Of a stretch of 64,000 nucleotides of DNA, positions 1-8,709 are shown one piece after another. The position numbers were made by a program, and so were the translations under genes. Position 1 is the first letter of the stretch, and each line of letters opens with the position of its first letter. Under the pieces are notes generated by a model that had not been told where the DNA came from, did not search any database, and saw nothing but the letters and a program-made list of their open reading frames with translations. The stretch covers positions 7,582-71,581 of the forward strand of contig CAZYES010000001.1 of assembly GCA_964646515.1 (NCBI GenBank), written 5' to 3'. Origin of the DNA: an uncultured Candidatus Saccharibacteria bacterium (lineage in GTDB: Bacteria; Patescibacteriota; Minisyncoccia; Phycocordibacterales; PALSA-1337).

Positions 1-20
1 ACGTGGCCGAGCACCATTCT

Positions 21-49
21 TAACGAAAATGTTCGCCAACGGGCGAACA
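21..49 (-). terminator. Intrinsic terminator for a minus-strand transcript
   Basis: 8-bp perfect stem TGTTCGCC (30-37) / GGCGAACA (42-49) with a 4-nt loop. On the minus strand it is followed by TTTTCGTTA (29..21). Confidence 0.5.
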
Positions 50-315
50 GTTACTTAACGGGAAGAGTATAACACAATTTATTTTATCTTGATATTGACA
101 GTCTCTTCTTTTAGATGTCTGCTGTTGAGCGGATTTATAAATTTATGGAACGTAGTTTTTTGATTGATATCGTAGGTTGATATCATTTTGCAGTACTTTG
201 TTGGTTTATATCGAGATTGTTGTGTGTGAAATAGGATCCACGTGGGTTCAGAGATACCTGGTAATTCCGAAATTTTCTTTTTTATATAACATATTGAGTA
301 AGTTTAGTAATGATT

Positions 316-324
316 TGCTATAAT
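316..324 (+). promoter_or_regulatory. Extended -10 promoter TGCTATAAT, 9 nt upstream of ATG 334
   Basis: Exact TGnTATAAT match; no Shine-Dalgarno site between it and the ATG. Confidence 0.5.
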
Positions 325-333
325 ATATGCAAT

Positions 334-2082
334 ATGTTTGTTGAAGATACCCAACTCTATAAATTTATTCTTGATTCTGGTCTTGTGGCCAAGTCCGATC
401 TCGACAATGCCAAGGAGGAGAGTGAGAAGCACAACAAACGTATAGGGGAAATTTTGGTCTCTCAGGGTAAGATTGACCCAGACAATTTACGGCGCATGCA
501 GGCTTATGTTTTAGGTATACCTTTTGTCGACTTGAAAAATTCAAAAATACCTTTTGAAACATTGTCACTCATTCCCGAACCAATCGCCAGGAGTCACAAT
601 ATTGTTGCCTTCAAAAAAAATGATGTGTCCCTAGAAGTAGCCATGTTAGATGTCAACGATCTGTCAGCTATTGATTTCATAAAAAAGAAAGTCAACCTGA
701 AGATTATGCCACGCATGACAGACACTGATTCGATGAAAGATGTGCTAGTTCAGTATCAAAAAAGCCTAAAAGCCGAATTTGGAGATATTATCCAAAAAGA
801 GACAGAGAGTTTGAAGATGATCTCTGAAGAAAAAGGCAAGCCAGTCTCAGAGAGTGATCTAAAGAAAATCGCAGAAGATCTACCTGTGGTACGCATCGTC
901 GACACCCTGATCAAGCACGCTATATTACAAAACGCTTCAGATATTCACATAGAACCCATGGAGGATCAAACTTTGGTCAGGTATCGTATCGATGGTTTGC
1001 TTCATGATGCCATGGTTCTTCCGAAACAAGCTGGGCCATCGGTAGTGGCGCGTATCAAAGTACTTTCCAATCTAAAGCTTGACGAAAAGCGATTGCCACA
1101 AGATGGAAGATTCAAAGTAGATATGAATAATGAGAAAGTCTCTTTTCGTGTTTCTATCTTGCCGACATATTATGGAGAAAAGACCGTGATGCGTCTTTTG
1201 AGGGAAGATATTACGGGATTTACTCTGGAATACCTAACTTTACATGGAGAAGGCTTGGAAAATATACACGAAGCACTTACGCGAACGACTGGCATGATTT
1301 TGACCACAGGTCCTACTGGCTCTGGAAAGACTACTACGCTTTACACTATGCTCGATATCTTGAATACACCAGATGTCAATATCTCTACTATTGAGGATCC
1401 TATAGAATATCAGGTAGCGCGCATCAATCAGACGCAAGTCAAACCAGAGATAGGTTTTTCCTTTGCCCAAGGGATACGCACTCTGGTTCGACAAGACCCT
1501 GATATTATTATGGTTGGTGAGATCCGCGATAATGAGACTGCTTCTTTGGCCGTGAACGCATCTCTTACTGGTCACCTTGTGCTTTCTACTTTGCACACAA
1601 ATTCTGCGGCTGGAGCTATTCCTCGACTAATAGACATGAAAGTTGAGCCGTTCTTATTGGTCTCTACACTTGATATATTGATTGGGCAAAGACTAGTTCG
1701 TCGTCTTACGGAATCAAAGAGAGAATATAAACTTTCCAAACCACAATTTGCCCAGTTGGAAAAAAAGGTCGATTTGGACCGCGTGTTACAATCACTAAAA
1801 GCAGAAAAAATAGTCAAACCAGATGATTCCTGGGACAAAATCTCGTTTTACAAAGATGTGCCTGGTCCAGAAAATGATGGGTTCAAGGGTCGTGTTGGTA
1901 TTCATGAAGTCATGAAGGTAACGCAACCAATAAAAGATCTCATTATGAAAAATGCAACGTCAGTAGATATCGAAAATCAAGCCAAGAAGGAGGGTATGCT
2001 TACTATGATCGAAGATGGCGTATTCAAGTGCGTACAGGGATTGACCACCATAGAAGAAGTTTTGAGGGTAGTATCAGAATAA
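334..2082 (+). CDS. pilB: Type IV pilus / T2SS assembly ATPase (PilB/GspE family)
   Basis: ORF 310..2082. MshEN-like N-terminus, Walker A GPTGSGKTT, Asp box DPDIIMVGEIRD, His box LVLSTLHTN. Start placed at in-frame ATG 334 because the -10 box lies inside the 310 start. Confidence 0.9.
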   Translation: MFVEDTQLYKFILDSGLVAKSDLDNAKEESEKHNKRIGEILVSQGKIDPDNLRRMQAYVLGIPFVDLKNSKIPFETLSLIPEPIARSHNIVAFKKNDVSLEVAMLDVNDLSAIDFIKKKVNLKIMPRMTDTDSMKDVLVQYQKSLKAEFGDIIQKETESLKMISEEKGKPVSESDLKKIAEDLPVVRIVDTLIKHAILQNASDIHIEPMEDQTLVRYRIDGLLHDAMVLPKQAGPSVVARIKVLSNLKLDEKRLPQDGRFKVDMNNEKVSFRVSILPTYYGEKTVMRLLREDITGFTLEYLTLHGEGLENIHEALTRTTGMILTTGPTGSGKTTTLYTMLDILNTPDVNISTIEDPIEYQVARINQTQVKPEIGFSFAQGIRTLVRQDPDIIMVGEIRDNETASLAVNASLTGHLVLSTLHTNSAAGAIPRLIDMKVEPFLLVSTLDILIGQRLVRRLTESKREYKLSKPQFAQLEKKVDLDRVLQSLKAEKIVKPDDSWDKISFYKDVPGPENDGFKGRVGIHEVMKVTQPIKDLIMKNATSVDIENQAKKEGMLTMIEDGVFKCVQGLTTIEEVLRVVSE

Positions 2083-2083
2083 T

Positions 2084-3304
2084 ATGTCACATTTTGTTTT
2101 CAAAGCAAAAAAACCTAGTGGCGAAATATATTCGGGCCAAAAGGACGTGGCTGATCGCTATGAACTTTATAAGATACTTCGTGGAAGCAATGAAGAACTT
2201 GTCTCTTTCAAGGAGAAGAAAGCTTCTCGAGGTATGAATATGAATATTTCATTTGGTAATATTTTTTCTCGTGTGAAAACAATAGAGAAGATAAATCTTG
2301 CCAGAAATCTAGGCTCTATGTTGGAAGCAGGACTAGATCTGTCTCGCGCTCTTTCTGTTTTGGAGCGCCAAACGAAAAATAGGGCCACGAGGGATGTTCT
2401 CACTGATCTTATTAGTGAGATAAGCAAGGGGGCAACATTTTCTGGATCACTGACCAAACATAGCAAAGTTTTTCCGCCTTTGTTTATATCGATGGTTCAT
2501 GCTGGTGAGCAATCTGGCACATTGTCTGATTCTCTGAAAGCAATTGCTGTTCAGATGGACAATACTTATTCTCTAGAGCGGCGTGTTCGTGGTGCTATGA
2601 CATATCCGGCAGTCATTGTCACTGCAATGGCAGTGATAGGTGTTCTCATGTTCATCTTTGTTGTGCCAACACTTCTCAAGACTTTTACTGATCTGAATGT
2701 TACTTTACCTTTTACGACGAAAGTGATCATTGCCGTCTCTGATATCATACAAAATTACGGTCTTTTGGTTTTGCTTGCCTTTGTCGTCTTGATCGGTGTT
2801 TTATATTGGTGGTCAAAGAAAGATATGGGGAAAAGATTTCTCCATATGATTGTTCTTAAAATTCCCGTTATAGGGACACTCATACAGGAAGTCAATACTG
2901 CGCGTACGGCTAGAACACTCTCGTCGCTTTTGGGGTCCGGCGTAGAGGTAGTCGAGGCGCTGGAGATAACGGCAAAGGTTGTCCAGAATGTCCACTTTCG
3001 CGCGGTACTAAATGAGGCTATTGCTACTATCAAAAAAGGCGATTTAATCTCGAAGACATTTTCTGAACATGAAAAATTGTACCCAGTATTTTTCTCCGAA
3101 ATGATAAACGTGGGTGAGGAGACTGGCAAAACAGGGGAAATGCTTCTCGGTGTAGCGAAATATTACGAAGAAGATGTTGGCCAAAAAACCAAAGATATGT
3201 CTGCTTTGATAGAGCCAGTCCTAATGATTGTAATCGGCGTGGCCGTAGGTTTCTTTGCTGTTTCCATGATCTCGCCTATATATTCGCTAGTGAATGTGAT
3301 CTAG
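2084..3304 (+). CDS. pilC: Type IV pilus / T2SS platform protein (PilC/GspF family)
   Basis: 406 aa with a duplicated GspF-like domain and 3 hydrophobic segments. Starts 1 nt after the pilB stop. Confidence 0.9.
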   Translation: MSHFVFKAKKPSGEIYSGQKDVADRYELYKILRGSNEELVSFKEKKASRGMNMNISFGNIFSRVKTIEKINLARNLGSMLEAGLDLSRALSVLERQTKNRATRDVLTDLISEISKGATFSGSLTKHSKVFPPLFISMVHAGEQSGTLSDSLKAIAVQMDNTYSLERRVRGAMTYPAVIVTAMAVIGVLMFIFVVPTLLKTFTDLNVTLPFTTKVIIAVSDIIQNYGLLVLLAFVVLIGVLYWWSKKDMGKRFLHMIVLKIPVIGTLIQEVNTARTARTLSSLLGSGVEVVEALEITAKVVQNVHFRAVLNEAIATIKKGDLISKTFSEHEKLYPVFFSEMINVGEETGKTGEMLLGVAKYYEEDVGQKTKDMSALIEPVLMIVIGVAVGFFAVSMISPIYSLVNVI

Positions 3305-3320
3305 ATTATTCTTTTTAGAC

Positions 3321-4625
3321 TCAAATCTCAATCCAATCTAGGATATCATATCCTCCTCCTGGCCCAGCAGAAAAAAGTGTGCTCGGAAGACCCGTGTCAT
3401 AAGTTACATTGGCGGTATTTTGCAGAACAATTTTGTAGGCGGTAACTTCTTTGGCGCTTACTCTTTGACCGAGGGTGATCTGTCCATGGTTGGCATAAGC
3501 AACTAGTGCCCCAGCGGATTGGCCCATGGCAACTGCGTTTGTGGATCCACCATTCTCAGCACTTCCATTTTGAGAAATGCAGAAGACAAATGAGTTTGGC
3601 GCGCCCGAACCCTGGAATTGAGTATTTTGTCCCACGGAAATAATACCACTAGTCGTGGAAGCCGATGGATTGTCGGCGATCAAAGCCACGTTTTGGCTCC
3701 CTAGGCTCGGATTTATCTTAATTATTGGGCCAGTTTGTGTATATATATTACCAACGACCCAAACTGGACCAGACATGGTCATCGTGACGCCGTTTCCTTT
3801 GATATAAAGATCGCAAGGTATTTTCGCTGGCCCGATGTCTTCATCCGATTCAATGGTATATTTGCCGCTAGTACATACGATTATATCGCCATTACTTGCT
3901 TGATCTTCCCACTCGGCTATTTGCGTGTCAGAAATTGGCATAGAGGCTTCAGGCAGATCAGCGCTATTTGGGAAGCAGTTTACGTTAGGGCATGGAGAGC
4001 CACCAACATCTGTGTTGCTAATAGTTTTATAAAAGGCCTTTTTTTCGATTGTAGAGTTTCTGATTGTGTGAGCATAGGCTGTGCCAGTAGCGTGAATTCC
4101 ATCTATCGATCCTGTTGCTTCTGCGGATATGGCGTCCCCATATATATAATTGCCCGCCCCGGTTATGGTGCCGTTGGAGAAAACATTTCCCGTAACACTG
4201 GATCGGTTTTGCATGACAAATCCACCTCGTCCCGACTGAATGCCATAATGGAAAGCTATCCCTGTTCCAAGAGAAAGATCAATTTGAAGTTTTCTTTGGT
4301 ACCCATTCACTTGTGCGTTGGTAGAAATTTTTTTGCCATTTTGCGTATTTTCAATGGTGACATTTGTTATGTTGGAATTGAGGCTGATGTTTAATGATGG
4401 CCCGATATTTTTGCCAGTCTTCAAACGGTATAGTGCTTCCTCAATGGCGCTATTGGCAGAGATGTATGATTGCTTTGAACTGATGGACCCTTTTGTTGAG
4501 GCAAAGTGGGCGAGTACGATATTAACCACGCCGATGATTATCACTATCACAATGGAAATAAATAAAAGAGTATTCAGGATGATTATATAGCCACCTTGCT
4601 TCTTGTTGTTGAGTCTATTTGTCAT
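3321..4625 (-). CDS. Pilus-associated large protein with a PilX-like hydrophobic N-terminus (putative minor pilin or tip protein)
   Basis: Last gene of the pilin operon. N-terminus KKQGGYIIILNTLLFISIVIVIIIG, followed by G/N/T/S-rich repetitive segments suggesting beta-rich structure. No recognised catalytic motif. Confidence 0.5.
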   Translation of the reverse strand: MTNRLNNKKQGGYIIILNTLLFISIVIVIIIGVVNIVLAHFASTKGSISSKQSYISANSAIEEALYRLKTGKNIGPSLNISLNSNITNVTIENTQNGKKISTNAQVNGYQRKLQIDLSLGTGIAFHYGIQSGRGGFVMQNRSSVTGNVFSNGTITGAGNYIYGDAISAEATGSIDGIHATGTAYAHTIRNSTIEKKAFYKTISNTDVGGSPCPNVNCFPNSADLPEASMPISDTQIAEWEDQASNGDIIVCTSGKYTIESDEDIGPAKIPCDLYIKGNGVTMTMSGPVWVVGNIYTQTGPIIKINPSLGSQNVALIADNPSASTTSGIISVGQNTQFQGSGAPNSFVFCISQNGSAENGGSTNAVAMGQSAGALVAYANHGQITLGQRVSAKEVTAYKIVLQNTANVTYDTGLPSTLFSAGPGGGYDILDWIEI

Positions 4626-4627
4626 GG

Positions 4628-5212
4628 TTATTGGTATGAATTCCTAAGTGTTGTGAAGCCACTGAATGTGCTTGTGGCAGGACCACTTTTCGTCAGATAT
4701 GGAATGTCTATGATGAAGTGTACGGCAGATGAGACGGGTGAAACTAAATAGTCGAAATAAAGGTCGGCTATTTTTACGTCGGTTGGAGAAATGTATTGAA
4801 TTTCGCCGGTATTGTCCATGTAGGCGACTCGGTTATTTGAGATAAAATAGCGTCTATCTATGGTTGTTGTCGTACTAGTTAACATATTTATGGATAGGGC
4901 GCCATTATTTGATCCAAGAATGCTTTGACCAGTGTTTATTATTTTGCCAGATCGGATGGCGCTCTCTATTTGTCCCATGATTACGGTTCCAACTTGGTTT
5001 ACGCGAGATGGAATAGCTACTGCTCTGTACCAACTGATGGTGTAATACAGGAATCCGGCAATTGCTCCGATGAGAAGGACTACTATTATTACGTAGATCA
5101 AAGTTTCCACCAATGTAAAACCTTTATTTTTTTCGGAAATTCCTTTTGCAGTAGTAAGTTTCCGATGGGTGAGTATTTTTGTAAACATTTTGTGTATGTT
5201 CTGAAAGTGCAT
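4628..5212 (-). CDS. Prepilin-type N-terminal cleavage/methylation domain protein (pilin-like)
   Basis: Class III signal KG|FTLVETLIYVIIVVLLIGAIAG; abuts neighbouring pilin genes. Confidence 0.8.
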   Translation of the reverse strand: MHFQNIHKMFTKILTHRKLTTAKGISEKNKGFTLVETLIYVIIVVLLIGAIAGFLYYTISWYRAVAIPSRVNQVGTVIMGQIESAIRSGKIINTGQSILGSNNGALSINMLTSTTTTIDRRYFISNNRVAYMDNTGEIQYISPTDVKIADLYFDYLVSPVSSAVHFIIDIPYLTKSGPATSTFSGFTTLRNSYQ

Positions 5213-5213
5213 G

Positions 5214-5699
5214 TTAATTTTGGAAGATATTGTGAAGTAGCATATTAGAGACTAGTAGCTCTTTGGGGGGACTTCCAGTAGAAGATATAGTGATGGTTAC
5301 GCTTCTTGTATCAGGATCAACAGTTCCTCCAGACGAGACTATGTCTTTTGATAAGTCGTCTCTTTGGACGGTGTTCATGACAAAAGAGACAGTAAATGCG
5401 TTGTTTACAGTAATTGGCGATAGAGAAACTGAATAAGAGACATCACTCCAATACAGATAGTAAGTTGTGCCGATATTCAAGGTGTCTATTTTCTCATCCC
5501 AACTCATATCTCGATAAAATCTCAAAGCTTCGGCGGCTTCTTCTGTCAGCAAGGCAGCCTGTGTGCGCTCGTTACTCTCTCTGGATATTCTGAGATACAG
5601 CTGAAAAGCTCCAGCTCCAGCGGTGACAACCGATATGATAATTGCCGCGGCGACTATCGTTTCTACGAGGCTGAAACCTTTTTTTGTGTTTTTTGTCAT
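5214..5699 (-). CDS. Prepilin-type N-terminal cleavage/methylation domain protein (pilin-like)
   Basis: KKG|FSLVETIVAAAIIISVV motif near the N-terminus; 4-nt overlap with the upstream pilin gene. Confidence 0.8.
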   Translation of the reverse strand: MTKNTKKGFSLVETIVAAAIIISVVTAGAGAFQLYLRISRESNERTQAALLTEEAAEALRFYRDMSWDEKIDTLNIGTTYYLYWSDVSYSVSLSPITVNNAFTVSFVMNTVQRDDLSKDIVSSGGTVDPDTRSVTITISSTGSPPKELLVSNMLLHNIFQN

Positions 5700-6163
5700 T
5701 TTATGATGTTAATATCTCCTTGGCTGCCTATAAAAATATTTTTTACACGAGAAGGATCTGTAATATATTGTATAGTTATTGTGGCCATAGTCTGTGGTAT
5801 ACCAGAAAGTCTAGCGAAAACTACACTACCTAGACTGTTGGGAGTAGTGGCGATCATATAACCATTTGTGACAGCGTAATTTTCGTTGGTTGTTGCTGAG
5901 GGATTGAATGAATTGCCCACGAAGTATGTGTAAGTAGTACTACCAAAATCTATTCCTGCCCCTGTTCCATTTTTTCCGAATGTGGCATTGATTTTTGCTT
6001 GTTCTAACTTGGAAACAATCGCGTCTGTAAGCGTGTTTATCTCACTCGATCGTTTTGCATTTATAAAAGCTTGGGTACTAATGCCGAAAAGCACGACCAT
6101 TATAATCATAACGACCAAAATTTCTATGAGAGTAAATCCTCTGTTATTGATTTGATCCCGCAT
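5696..6163 (-). CDS. Type IV pilin-like protein (first gene of pilin operon)
   Basis: NRG|FTLIEILVVMIIMVVLFG class III signal with Glu at +5. Confidence 0.85.
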   Translation of the reverse strand: MRDQINNRGFTLIEILVVMIIMVVLFGISTQAFINAKRSSEINTLTDAIVSKLEQAKINATFGKNGTGAGIDFGSTTYTYFVGNSFNPSATTNENYAVTNGYMIATTPNSLGSVVFARLSGIPQTMATITIQYITDPSRVKNIFIGSQGDINIIK

Positions 6164-6171
6164 GCGTAGTT

Positions 6172-6180
6172 ATTATATCA
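6172..6180 (-). promoter_or_regulatory. Extended -10 promoter TGATATAAT, 8 nt upstream of the pilin-operon ATG
   Basis: Minus-strand sequence reads TGATATAAT-AACTACGC-ATG. Confidence 0.5.
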
Positions 6181-6189
6181 TGATACAAT
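6181..6189 (+). promoter_or_regulatory. Extended -10 promoter TGATACAAT, 9 nt upstream of the tpiA ATG
   Basis: TGATACAAT-actgtttat-ATG. Lies back-to-back with the divergent pilin promoter in a 35-bp intergenic region. Confidence 0.5.
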
Positions 6190-6198
6190 ACTGTTTAT

Positions 6199-6984
6199 AT
6201 GACTAATAAAAAATTGATTGTTGGCAATTGGAAAATGAACCCGGCAACACTGGATGAGGCCAAGAGAATCGCCAGAAAGACTAAGAGGGTTGCTACACAA
6301 CTCAAGTATACAGAAGCAATAATCTGTCCGCCGTTTGCTTTCATTTCTGCTTGTGCCTCGAGAAAAAAAATATCGGGTTTTGGTCTTGGCGCACAGAATG
6401 TCTCATATGAAGAAGACGGTGCTCATACTGGAGAAGTTGGCGCGGTAATGTTGAAAAATATTGGTGTTCAGTACGTGATTGTTGGGCATTCCGAAGAAAG
6501 AGCGCGGGGAGACTCCGATTCAATTGTCGCGAAAAAAATCAAGACACTTCTCGATTTTGGTCTTACGCCGATAGTTTGTGTTGGCGAGACTGTGCGCAAC
6601 GAAGATGGTTCGCATTTTGAATTTATAAAAGTACAAATAAAAAATAGTTTTGTGGATGTGCCAAAAAAATACGCTGATAAGATTATTCTAGCTTATGAAC
6701 CAGTTTGGGCGATTGGCGCCAAGGAGCCGATGTCACCGGAGAATATATATGAGATGTCGCTATTTGTGAAAAAGACTTTTGCTGATGTTTTTGGACAAAA
6801 GCCAGCGATGAAGATGACTATTTTATATGGGGGCTCAGTAAATTGCAGAAATGCGGTAGATATTATTTCTATCGGCAAGATTGATGGATTGTTGGTTGGA
6901 CGTGAAAGTGTGAATATTGTTGGTTTTGTTGAACTCTTGAAGGCGGTTGATGGTATTTATTCCGGTAGGCCATCTGATTGCTGA
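6199..6984 (+). CDS. tpiA: Triosephosphate isomerase
   Basis: LIVGNWKMN N-terminal motif, VGHSERR-like IVGHSEERA, YEPVWAIG. Confidence 0.9.
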   Translation: MTNKKLIVGNWKMNPATLDEAKRIARKTKRVATQLKYTEAIICPPFAFISACASRKKISGFGLGAQNVSYEEDGAHTGEVGAVMLKNIGVQYVIVGHSEERARGDSDSIVAKKIKTLLDFGLTPIVCVGETVRNEDGSHFEFIKVQIKNSFVDVPKKYADKIILAYEPVWAIGAKEPMSPENIYEMSLFVKKTFADVFGQKPAMKMTILYGGSVNCRNAVDIISIGKIDGLLVGRESVNIVGFVELLKAVDGIYSGRPSDC

Positions 6985-7025
6985 TGATATATGTCGTTAG
7001 TCTTTTTGCTATAATTGTCCAATAT

Positions 7026-8204
7026 ATGAGAACGCTTCGAGATATAGAATTTTTGGAAAACGTAAAAGTATTATTACGTGCTGATTTCAATGTTCCTATA
7101 GAGAATGGCGCGATTGTTGACGATTTTAGGATTCGTGCCACTTTGCCTACGATAGATTATCTGACAAAAAAAGGCGCAAAAGTTATTCTTGTCAGTCATC
7201 TAGAATCGGCAGATGGTAAAAATCTATCGCTTGCGCCGATTGCTGATCATATAAATAGACTTGGGGTCAAGACAAGTTTTATAAAAGATATAAAGAAATC
7301 TTACGAAGTTATTGAAACTTGTGATCCGAAATCTAAAAACGGAGGCAGTTGTTTTTTGTTGGAGAATCTTCGCCTTTTTGAAGGCGAGAAGGCGAATGAT
7401 AGAAAATTTGCAAAAGAATTGGCTTCATTGGCAGACATTTTCGTAAACGACGCCTTTTCTGTTTGTCATCGTAAGCATGCTTCAATAATCGGCGTGACGG
7501 AGTTTTTACCGAGCTACGCAGGATTACAATTGGAAGAAGAGATCAGTCATCTTTCGATGGCTTTCAACCCCACTCGTCCATTTCTTTTTGTTTTGGGAGG
7601 AGCAAAATTCGAAACCAAGTTGCCATTATTGCAAAAATTTATTGATAAAGTCGATACGGTTTTTGTTGGTGGGGCGTTGGTTAATGATTTGTTAAAGTCA
7701 AAGGGTTATGAAGTGGGCAAGTCGATAACTTCAAAAACAGAAGTTGATCTTACTGATATTATAAATAGTCCAAATCTTTTGTTGCCAGTGGATATTGTTA
7801 ATCAAGATAAGGTCTGCAAGGCCGTTGGCAGGCTCTCGTCTGAAGATATTAACATGGATATTGGTCCAGAGACTTTGGCTTTACTTGTTGAGAAGATCAA
7901 ATCGGCCAGATTTATTCTTTGGAATGGCCCACTTGGTAAGTATGAAAGTGGTTTCAAAGAAGCAACGCTTCAATTTGCCAAGGCCTTAGGTGATATAACG
8001 GAAAAAAGTAAAAGTTATAATGACCAAGAAAAGGCTGTATCTATTGTTGGTGGCGGGGATACTTTGGCGACAATTTCTCTGTTGGGGATTGAGAGAGAAT
8101 TTACTTTTGTGTCTACAGGCGGTGGCGCTATGCTAGACTTTTTGGCCGAGGGAACGTTACCTGGTATTTTGGCACTGGAAAATTCACCTAAGCTTGTTCA
8201 TTAA
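7026..8204 (+). CDS. pgk: Phosphoglycerate kinase
   Basis: ORF 6978..8204. Conserved N-terminus (VLLRADFNVP) begins after ATG 7026; C-terminal STGGGA motif present. Confidence 0.9.
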   Translation: MRTLRDIEFLENVKVLLRADFNVPIENGAIVDDFRIRATLPTIDYLTKKGAKVILVSHLESADGKNLSLAPIADHINRLGVKTSFIKDIKKSYEVIETCDPKSKNGGSCFLLENLRLFEGEKANDRKFAKELASLADIFVNDAFSVCHRKHASIIGVTEFLPSYAGLQLEEEISHLSMAFNPTRPFLFVLGGAKFETKLPLLQKFIDKVDTVFVGGALVNDLLKSKGYEVGKSITSKTEVDLTDIINSPNLLLPVDIVNQDKVCKAVGRLSSEDINMDIGPETLALLVEKIKSARFILWNGPLGKYESGFKEATLQFAKALGDITEKSKSYNDQEKAVSIVGGGDTLATISLLGIEREFTFVSTGGGAMLDFLAEGTLPGILALENSPKLVH

Positions 8205-8261
8205 TGGATGTTGCGTGTGAAGAGCCTGGCGGTTTCGTGTTTGTAACTAGTAAAGACCTGT

Positions 8262-8648
8262 TTATTTTTCCAGTGAAGCAATTAGTTTTTTCTTGTTTGT
8301 CTCAAAATCTTTCTTATCTCCCTTTGTGTCTGATGCCGGGAATACCCAAATATGCGCATGGGGGACTTCTTCGCCCACGATTTTGCTCAAGATCACTTCT
8401 TGATTGAAAGCTTTTTTCTGTGCCAAAGCGATTTTGCTAACAATTTCGAAATATTGACCGATATTTGGGGATATTTTTTTGTCGGTTGTTATATCCCACA
8501 CCCAACGGTAGTGTTTTTTGGGAATTACCAATGAATGGCCGGGAGATTGTGGCCGTATGTCCAGAAATACTAGGAAGTCGTTGTCCTCGTACACTATATG
8601 AGCGGGAATTTCTTTTTTTACAATTTTGCAGAAGATACAATCATTCAT
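8262..8648 (-). CDS. HIT (histidine triad) family protein
   Basis: 128 aa; triad-like motif [10 protein letters not shown]; CIFCKI N-terminal motif. Confidence 0.85.
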   Translation of the reverse strand: MNDCIFCKIVKKEIPAHIVYEDNDFLVFLDIRPQSPGHSLVIPKKHYRWVWDITTDKKISPNIGQYFEIVSKIALAQKKAFNQEVILSKIVGEEVPHAHIWVFPASDTKGDKKDFETNKKKLIASLEK

Positions 8649-8654
8649 ATAAAT

Positions 8655-8663
8655 ATCATATCA
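8655..8663 (-). promoter_or_regulatory. Extended -10-like box TGATATGAT, 6 nt upstream of the HIT gene ATG
   Basis: Minus strand reads TGATATGAT-ATTTAT-ATG. Confidence 0.4.
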
Positions 8664-8694
8664 TAGGCCAAGTCGTTTAGTGAGGTCGCGCACA

Positions 8695-8703
8695 TGCTAT
8701 ACT
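8695..8703 (+). promoter_or_regulatory. Extended -10 box TGCTATACT, 6 nt upstream of recJ ATG 8710
   Basis: TGCTATACT-ccattt-ATG. Confidence 0.45.
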
Positions 8704-8709
8704 CCATTT

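Noticed and set aside
1-72. Possible 3' end of a plus-strand CDS entering the window (stop at 70-72)
   Set aside because: Only 23 codons are visible, all three frames close within 72 nt, and there is no recognisable motif, so it cannot be supported.
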